This document shows, in pieces, positions 58,888 to 64,000 of a stretch of 64,000 bases of DNA (the stretch's first letter is position 1; the number at the start of each line of letters is the position of its first letter). This stretch comes from an uncultured Leptospirales bacterium (GTDB taxonomy: Bacteria > Spirochaetota > UBA4802 > JAFGDQ01), in contig CAZVDF010000003.1 of the NCBI GenBank assembly GCA_964626055.1, forward strand, positions 2,848 through 66,847, read 5' to 3'. Both the position numbers and the translations under genes were made by a program. The notes under the pieces are model-generated. The model did not search any database, was not told the origin of the DNA, and saw nothing but the letters and a program-made list of their open reading frames with translations.

Positions 58888-59331
58888 TTATTTAACGCTT
58901 AAAGCGCCTTCTTCAAGTATAATATCAAAAATATACGCATCCCTTCTTGAATTCAGCGGTGTAAATATCACAAATTGACCTTTAAAATCGAAGGAATCGC
59001 CTTTTTTCAGCAAGGTGAGATATTCTTCCTGACCTGCAAAAATGTAAAGCCTTATATTTAAATCCGAGGTCTCATTACTGATAGCTGTAATTCTGAAATG
59101 CCTGCGGTACCGTTCGCTTTTCTCAACCGATTCAACAAACCCGCTGCCCTGTACAATAGCTCCCTGCATGCCGTTAAGCAAAACATCGCGAGCCAGCGGT
59201 TTGGATTTTACAATATTGGAGTAAAACTCATGATCTAACTGGATTATTTTATCTTTTGTATCCGAAAAAGCAAAGGTCGCAGATACTATAGCCGACAAAA
59301 CAGATATAACAATTCCGATATTTTTTTTCAT
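58888..59331 (-). CDS. Secreted protein of unknown function
   Basis: N-terminal signal peptide (IGIVISVLSAIVSATFA). No recognisable motifs. Confidence 0.45.
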   Translation of the reverse strand: MKKNIGIVISVLSAIVSATFAFSDTKDKIIQLDHEFYSNIVKSKPLARDVLLNGMQGAIVQGSGFVESVEKSERYRRHFRITAISNETSDLNIRLYIFAGQEEYLTLLKKGDSFDFKGQFVIFTPLNSRRDAYIFDIILEEGALSVK

Positions 59332-59444
59332 TTTTAGATGCGAGAGAATTTCAATGAGATTTCAGTCAATACCAGAAGTCATCTCAAAATTATAAATTTA
59401 TATAAGCGATTAACGATAAATATAATTTTGAGACGACTCCCAAT

Positions 59445-60749
59445 TTATTCGCTTAAAATATCAATATTATATTTATCCATATTTCTGGATATTTTCATTT
59501 TTGATATAATGTTTTTATTCCTGATATAAAGCTTTATGAACTCATCAAGGCTCGATACGGCAGCGCCATTCATCGATAAAATAACATCCCCTTTTTTAAG
59601 CCCGCTCTGATAGCCTATCCCCATAGGAGAGAGATATGATATCATAACATCATCCGTCATGGAATTTATATCAAGCTCAATACCGTACGTTAAAAAAATA
59701 TTTTCCAGCGCGCTTTGAATCTTTTTATAAGCGTCCTTTTCCCTTAAGATCAGGTTGTAATTGCGGATCTTGCCGTCGCTCGAAACGCCGATGTTAAGTT
59801 CCGAACCGATCGGCTTATAGCTGATAAAATTTATTAATTCTCCGAGAGAAGATATGTTTTTCCCGTCAACCTCTCTTATGATATCTCCTTTCTGGATACC
59901 GGATGCCTCGGCCGGTGAATTTTTAATTACTGAGATCACTTCCAGCATTTTCTTTTCTGCTTTGCCCGGAATCGCACGCTCCTGGACAAGAAATCCCAGC
60001 CAGCCCCTTCTTACCCTGCCGTACTTCAGCAGTTCCGGGACCACCTGCCTGATGATTTTTGACGGTATCGCAAAACTGATGCCCTGGTTCCTGCCGGTCG
60101 TCGTCCTTATGGCCGTATTAATGCCGACAAGCCTGCCGTTCAAATTAATCAACGGCCCGCCGGAGTTGCCGGGATTTATGGAAACGTCGGTCTGTATAAA
60201 ATCTTCAATATCCGCAAAGCCTAAATCGTTTCTTCCTTTGGAAGATACGATTCCGCAGGTGATTGATTGTCTTAATCCGAAAGGATTGCCAATCGCAATT
60301 ACCCATTCTCCTTCGGATAATTCATTCGATTCTTCAAACGGCACGGGCTTTATATGGGATATTTCATTCTCATCAATTTTCAATACGGCGATGTCGGTCT
60401 TCTCATCCGCCAGGAAAAATTCCCCGTTCGGGAAACTCTGCGCCTGGCATTCTCTTCCGTCAAAAAGAATTATCTGATAATAGCTGCCTGTTTTCAATAC
60501 GTGGAAATTCGTAACAATATAGCCCTTCCCGGAGATGATCGTCCCCGATCCAAAACCTATCTTTGAAAGATTTCTTTCTTTATTCTTGCCGGATTCCTTA
60601 TAACTGATTATATTGACGACTGAAGATTTGACGATAGCGGCAGCTGTTATAAAGCGCTCATTAATATCAGGCTGCGCAGCTTTAACCTCAATAAAAGAAA
60701 AAATAAACAGGCAGAGTGATATTATAAGATATTTAATTATTTTATGCAT
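59445..60749 (-). CDS. htrA: HtrA/DegP-family periplasmic serine protease with PDZ domain
   Basis: Signal peptide. Catalytic-triad regions IVTNFHV, DIAVLKI and GNSGGPLINLNGRLVGINTA. A C-terminal PDZ domain. Confidence 0.85.
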   Translation of the reverse strand: MHKIIKYLIISLCLFIFSFIEVKAAQPDINERFITAAAIVKSSVVNIISYKESGKNKERNLSKIGFGSGTIISGKGYIVTNFHVLKTGSYYQIILFDGRECQAQSFPNGEFFLADEKTDIAVLKIDENEISHIKPVPFEESNELSEGEWVIAIGNPFGLRQSITCGIVSSKGRNDLGFADIEDFIQTDVSINPGNSGGPLINLNGRLVGINTAIRTTTGRNQGISFAIPSKIIRQVVPELLKYGRVRRGWLGFLVQERAIPGKAEKKMLEVISVIKNSPAEASGIQKGDIIREVDGKNISSLGELINFISYKPIGSELNIGVSSDGKIRNYNLILREKDAYKKIQSALENIFLTYGIELDINSMTDDVMISYLSPMGIGYQSGLKKGDVILSMNGAAVSSLDEFIKLYIRNKNIISKMKISRNMDKYNIDILSE

Positions 60750-60837
60750 ATGAAATATCTAGAAGCTAAATTAAAAATACAATTATTTTACTATAAGTTA
60801 TCTTAAAAATATTAATTCAGAATAGAATTTAGTTATT

Positions 60838-60960
60838 AATCGGAATACATTACAAAATTTATGAGGACGCCTTTCAGACCTGATGCAACAGCATTCGAAA
60901 ACATTAAATACGAACCAGGAAGGTCTGATTCCGGAGTAAATTCTGTAATGTATTCCGATT
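60838..60960. other. 123 bp nested inverted-repeat element between htrA and the upstream amidase-like gene
   Basis: Outer 23 bp arms AATCGGAATACATTACAAAATTT (60838-60860) and AAATTCTGTAATGTATTCCGATT (60938-60960) are complementary with one mismatch. Inner arms TCAGACCT (60874-60881) and AGGTCTGA (60921-60928). Confidence 0.35.
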
Positions 60961-61002
60961 AATTATGAACCATAAAGTATTTTTAAGATGAATTCTATAT
61001 CT

Positions 61003-62340
61003 TTACGGCACAACAACATCAAAATAGCTCTGTCCAGATGGCAGCTTATATTTAGTTAAGTCAATTCTTTTACCGTGTGGCAATTCTTTCAATTTTATTT
61101 TGTTCGGTTTTAGTCCGGCAAACAGGGAATATATCCCTACGGCAATGCCTTCTGCGATTTCATCCTGCTTATTCGTTAAAATAAATCTATCCTTTTTATT
61201 TTTCAAATATCCCAATTCAATATATGCGGTAACAGCATTTACTAATATCGGCAGAGACCAGACAGAAATATACGGTTTACCGAGCCTGAGCCCAGTATAA
61301 AAATTACCGGATTGATGCATAGACAGAAGAATATATCTTATTATTTCCGAAGACGCGTATAAATTATCCCCCCCGAAACCCTCCATTCCTCCATCGCGTC
61401 TGTAGCTTTCATATACAGACTGTTCACGGTCCCAGAATTTCCCCCGCATTGTAAAATTCCCTGGATCAACGGCATATTGAGTGCCCATGGGATGATTTCT
61501 TGCCGCATTCTCCCAGCCTGAATGGTCGCTGTACTGCCAGGAAACCATATTATATATATATCCGCTGAATCTGTTGTTTACCCTGTTGTAATTGTCAAGA
61601 GGGAAACCGGTAAAATATACGGAGACATCTTTTAAAAACCATTTATACCCGGTTCTTTCAACGGATTCGGCAAACCAGTCGGCATAAGAACTTTTAAAAA
61701 AAAACTTTCTGCTCTTTTCAATCCCTTTTAAATAATTCAATCCGAGTTTCAATAGTCTGTTCGGCGCCGATATGACCGGATTAATACCCCTGTAATATAC
61801 AGGGGCCTGGAAATCGCAATGCAGGGAAAGAACAAGCTGAGGTTTATATGAATTTATTATCGAAATCCTGCCGGCTTTTTTATACCCGGCCTTGTCAATA
61901 AAATCAAATAATCTGAAAGGAGCATTCGGATCATCGCTGTCCGCATCGGAGATGTCCCGCGATTTCCCCCGGCTGAGATTTGTCTGTATAATAATTCGCT
62001 CAGGATTGTCATCTGTATATTTTTTTAAGATCTCCCTGAATCTCACGAAATTGCCGTCGTCTAAAGTGAGATCAAGAATTTTCTTCGCTTTACATGCTAT
62101 ATCATACGTAATTATTCGCTCTTCAAGCTGCCCGTAATTCGTACCGGCAGAATAACCGGAAAGATACTTCTTCGATATTGAATCGTATCTGTCGCCGTGT
62201 TTCGTTTTAGGCAACAGGGAAAAACCGCCGTGTCCCGGATCCAGAACAATCCTGTAGGATAAAAATTCAACTTTATTTATATTTGAAATAAACAGGAAGA
62301 AGAATGAAATCGTGATTATTAAAAGTATAAAAATTTTCAA
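61003..62340 (-). CDS. Secreted protein, possibly N-acetylmuramoyl-L-alanine amidase-like (Amidase_3-type)
   Basis: Signal peptide. VLDPGHGG resembles the Amidase_3 N-terminal zinc-ligand motif. The rest of the protein is not clearly assignable. Confidence 0.35.
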   Translation of the reverse strand: MKIFILLIITISFFFLFISNINKVEFLSYRIVLDPGHGGFSLLPKTKHGDRYDSISKKYLSGYSAGTNYGQLEERIITYDIACKAKKILDLTLDDGNFVRFREILKKYTDDNPERIIIQTNLSRGKSRDISDADSDDPNAPFRLFDFIDKAGYKKAGRISIINSYKPQLVLSLHCDFQAPVYYRGINPVISAPNRLLKLGLNYLKGIEKSRKFFFKSSYADWFAESVERTGYKWFLKDVSVYFTGFPLDNYNRVNNRFSGYIYNMVSWQYSDHSGWENAARNHPMGTQYAVDPGNFTMRGKFWDREQSVYESYRRDGGMEGFGGDNLYASSEIIRYILLSMHQSGNFYTGLRLGKPYISVWSLPILVNAVTAYIELGYLKNKKDRFILTNKQDEIAEGIAVGIYSLFAGLKPNKIKLKELPHGKRIDLTKYKLPSGQSYFDVVVP

Positions 62341-62382
62341 CTTGCAGTCTATCTGTATTGGTATCGATGGCGTAAATATGCA

Positions 62383-62408
62383 AAAGGGAGGGTAATCCCC
62401 CCCCTTTT
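62383..62408 (-). terminator. Putative intrinsic terminator of the 62506-63309 gene
   Basis: GGGAGGG-TAAT-CCCCCCCC hairpin. On the minus strand it is followed by TTTTGCATATTT. Confidence 0.45.
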
Positions 62409-62505
62409 ATCATTAAAACTTTTATTGATAGCTTATTGTCGGATTTACATCGGATTTACAGCCGGAAAATCCTTATTCAGCTTTTCCAGATAAAAATGAT
62501 ATTTA

Positions 62506-63309
62506 TTATTTAGGGCTGGTCTGCGGACCAGGAGTAGTCGATTTAGCTGTTTCCCCGCTTAATACTCTGTTCATATTATCGGCCTTATGAACCCTGAATT
62601 GCTCTTTATTGGTTCCTTCCGGGCTTAAATCTTCAAGAATCGAAATACCGTATCCTTTCGCAATTCTTAAATGATATACCGCGCTTTTGAACTGGTTGTC
62701 CAGAACCGAAGCATCCGCATCGTCTGTCTGACCATAGGCGATCCATAATCTCATCATGTTCTGGAAAAGCACTCTGCTTCTGTTCGGATCATATTTATTT
62801 CTTTCATCAAGAGAAAAATTGAGTATCTTGTCGGCGCATTCGTCCAGCATTTTGCCGGCCTGATCCTGATATACGACAACTATTTTTTTGAATAAATCAT
62901 TTATATGCTTTCTATTCTTCTCAAGTTCCAGTCTTGAATAGATTACCTGTCTCTTGTAATATTTCGCCACTGCCTTTTTATATTCTTCGTATATTTCGTT
63001 GTATTCTTTTTCCCAGCCCTGCTCTTTAAAGTTTACTACGATCACTTTTAATACATATATATTTTCCAGGTTTTCCGTCATGAGACGTTCGGAGACCTCA
63101 ATCCCTTTGAATCTTGCAAGATAATCTTCCTCGGGTCTTTGATCCGGCGGATATTCTTCTCTGGGATGTACTCTCTTACCCGTTGTTGTCTGTTTTGGCT
63201 GTTCCTTGACCTGCTGACCTGTCTGTGCCTGAGAAAAAACAATCGATGGAATAATTAACGACGCAATAAAACAAAGCACGCAAAGCAAATTTGTTGTTTT
63301 GAGTTTCAT
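62506..63309 (-). CDS. Secreted protein of unknown function
   Basis: Signal peptide (LLCVLCFIASLIIPSIVFSQA). Charged low-complexity N-terminal region. No known motifs. Confidence 0.45.
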   Translation of the reverse strand: MKLKTTNLLCVLCFIASLIIPSIVFSQAQTGQQVKEQPKQTTTGKRVHPREEYPPDQRPEEDYLARFKGIEVSERLMTENLENIYVLKVIVVNFKEQGWEKEYNEIYEEYKKAVAKYYKRQVIYSRLELEKNRKHINDLFKKIVVVYQDQAGKMLDECADKILNFSLDERNKYDPNRSRVLFQNMMRLWIAYGQTDDADASVLDNQFKSAVYHLRIAKGYGISILEDLSPEGTNKEQFRVHKADNMNRVLSGETAKSTTPGPQTSPK

Positions 63310-63608
63310 AAAATCGCTCCTTAAAAAATTAAGTTTTGTTCAAATAACCAGCTGTACTCCCCTCCCATAGCCATTTTTCGATTATTTTTACTGACCGGGA
63401 AGATAAATTCGGCCTATCCAGAAGGATTGTACTCATTTATTCCCTTTTTCAATATAACAATATTATAAACGATTGTTTATATATATGCAACATTTTTTTT
63501 GTTTTTTTACAAAAATAATAATAACAATTATAGCGTATATCAATAGTAATATTTGACTTTTTCCGCCGTATTTTTCCTCACAATTCCGGAACCGTTACAT
63601 TTGAAATT

Positions 63609-63674
63609 ATGGGAAAAATAAAATTCCCCGGGGCAAGCCCCCGGCCGAAGGTGACGTACCGACCGCCACCTTCG
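63609..63674 (-). terminator. Tandem-hairpin intrinsic terminator downstream of the MBL-fold gene
   Basis: On the minus strand the order is CCGAAGGTG...CACCTTCGG (9 bp stem), then CCGGGGGCTTGCCCCGGGG, then AATTTTATTTTT. Confidence 0.55.
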
Positions 63675-63728
63675 GTGTCGGCGGACTATTATTAATTACA
63701 AAGAACAGGTGTGACTCTGTATTAATAC

Positions 63729-64000
63729 TTAAAGTATAAATGTCATTCCCTCTCTGGCAATATATATGACAGGTTTATTGACTTTCATGTTATTCCTGTG
63801 CCTGATCGCATCAACGTGAATATTTCTGAGCTTCTCATCGTCATTACTCGGCTCATGATGTGTCAGAACCAGATGTTTGACACCCCACCGGATCGCACAA
63901 TTGACTGCGATCGTAAAGCTTGTATGCCCCCAGTCGAATTTTCTGAAATGTTCGTCCAGTGTATATTGCGAATCCAAAACCAGAAGATCGGCATCAAGAA
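63729..64000 (-). CDS. MBL-fold metallo-hydrolase, C-terminal part (gene continues beyond the window end)
   Basis: HLVLTHHEPSNDD and ...VYIAREGMTFIL are typical of the C-terminus of beta-lactamase-fold hydrolases. The ORF is open to the window end. Confidence 0.5.
   Translation of the reverse strand, partial: LDADLLVLDSQYTLDEHFRKFDWGHTSFTIAVNCAIRWGVKHLVLTHHEPSNDDEKLRNIHVDAIRHRNNMKVNKPVIYIAREGMTFIL

Noticed and set aside
1-64000. Transposases, integrases, phage or plasmid genes, toxin-antitoxin pairs
   Set aside because: None of the ORF translations show DDE, HTH-transposase, tyrosine or serine recombinase, or typical TA motifs. The only mobile-like DNA is the non-autonomous hairpin-repeat/MITE family.

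Overview
This 64 kb window is a bacterial chromosomal segment with AT-rich intergenic DNA, moderate-GC coding regions and dense, mostly minus-strand genes. I found no rRNA or tRNA genes, no CRISPR array and no transposase or phage genes.

Most of the window is housekeeping. It includes carB, guaA-purE, tsaD-ctpA, smpB, lepB, trxA, pcrA, a dinG-like helicase, dnaB and the rpsF-rpsR-(DUF2232)-rplI block. It also has the flagellar hook module fliK-flgD-flgE, cytochrome c biogenesis system II (resB/ccsA), mlaE and htrA, plus two two-component-type proteins.

The most unusual locus is at about 0.35-8.1 kb. A minus-strand operon couples methylenetetrahydrofolate reductase (MetF, MetV/MTHFR_C and an MvhD-like Fe-S protein) to a split, rearranged glutamate-synthase-like enzyme. 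That enzyme is a fused amidotransferase+GXGXG protein plus two paralogous ferredoxin-fused FMN-domain proteins. There is no HdrA/HdrBC and no NAD(P)H-binding GltD-like subunit. The operon lies immediately downstream of gdhA, behind a 900 bp AT-rich leader that carries a MITE-like element.

Other items worth a second look:
- a dispersed family of GC-rich hairpin repeats (GCCCCCT-N9-AGGGGGC type) that forms two MITE-like inverted-repeat elements
- a MoxR AAA+ / VWA(CoxE-like) / minimal ABC-type ATPase three-gene operon
- a duplicated DUF2279 lipoprotein cluster flanking a Tyr-rich secreted protein
- a degenerate KaiC/RecA-like N-domain fused to a PPDK_N ATP-grasp domain
- a zinc-ribbon, poly-acidic, DUF4389-like membrane protein
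- an S18 with a long acidic N-terminal extension
- several long palindromes and hairpins in intergenic DNA

All calls come from reading the supplied ORF translations and the DNA by eye. No database searches were run.
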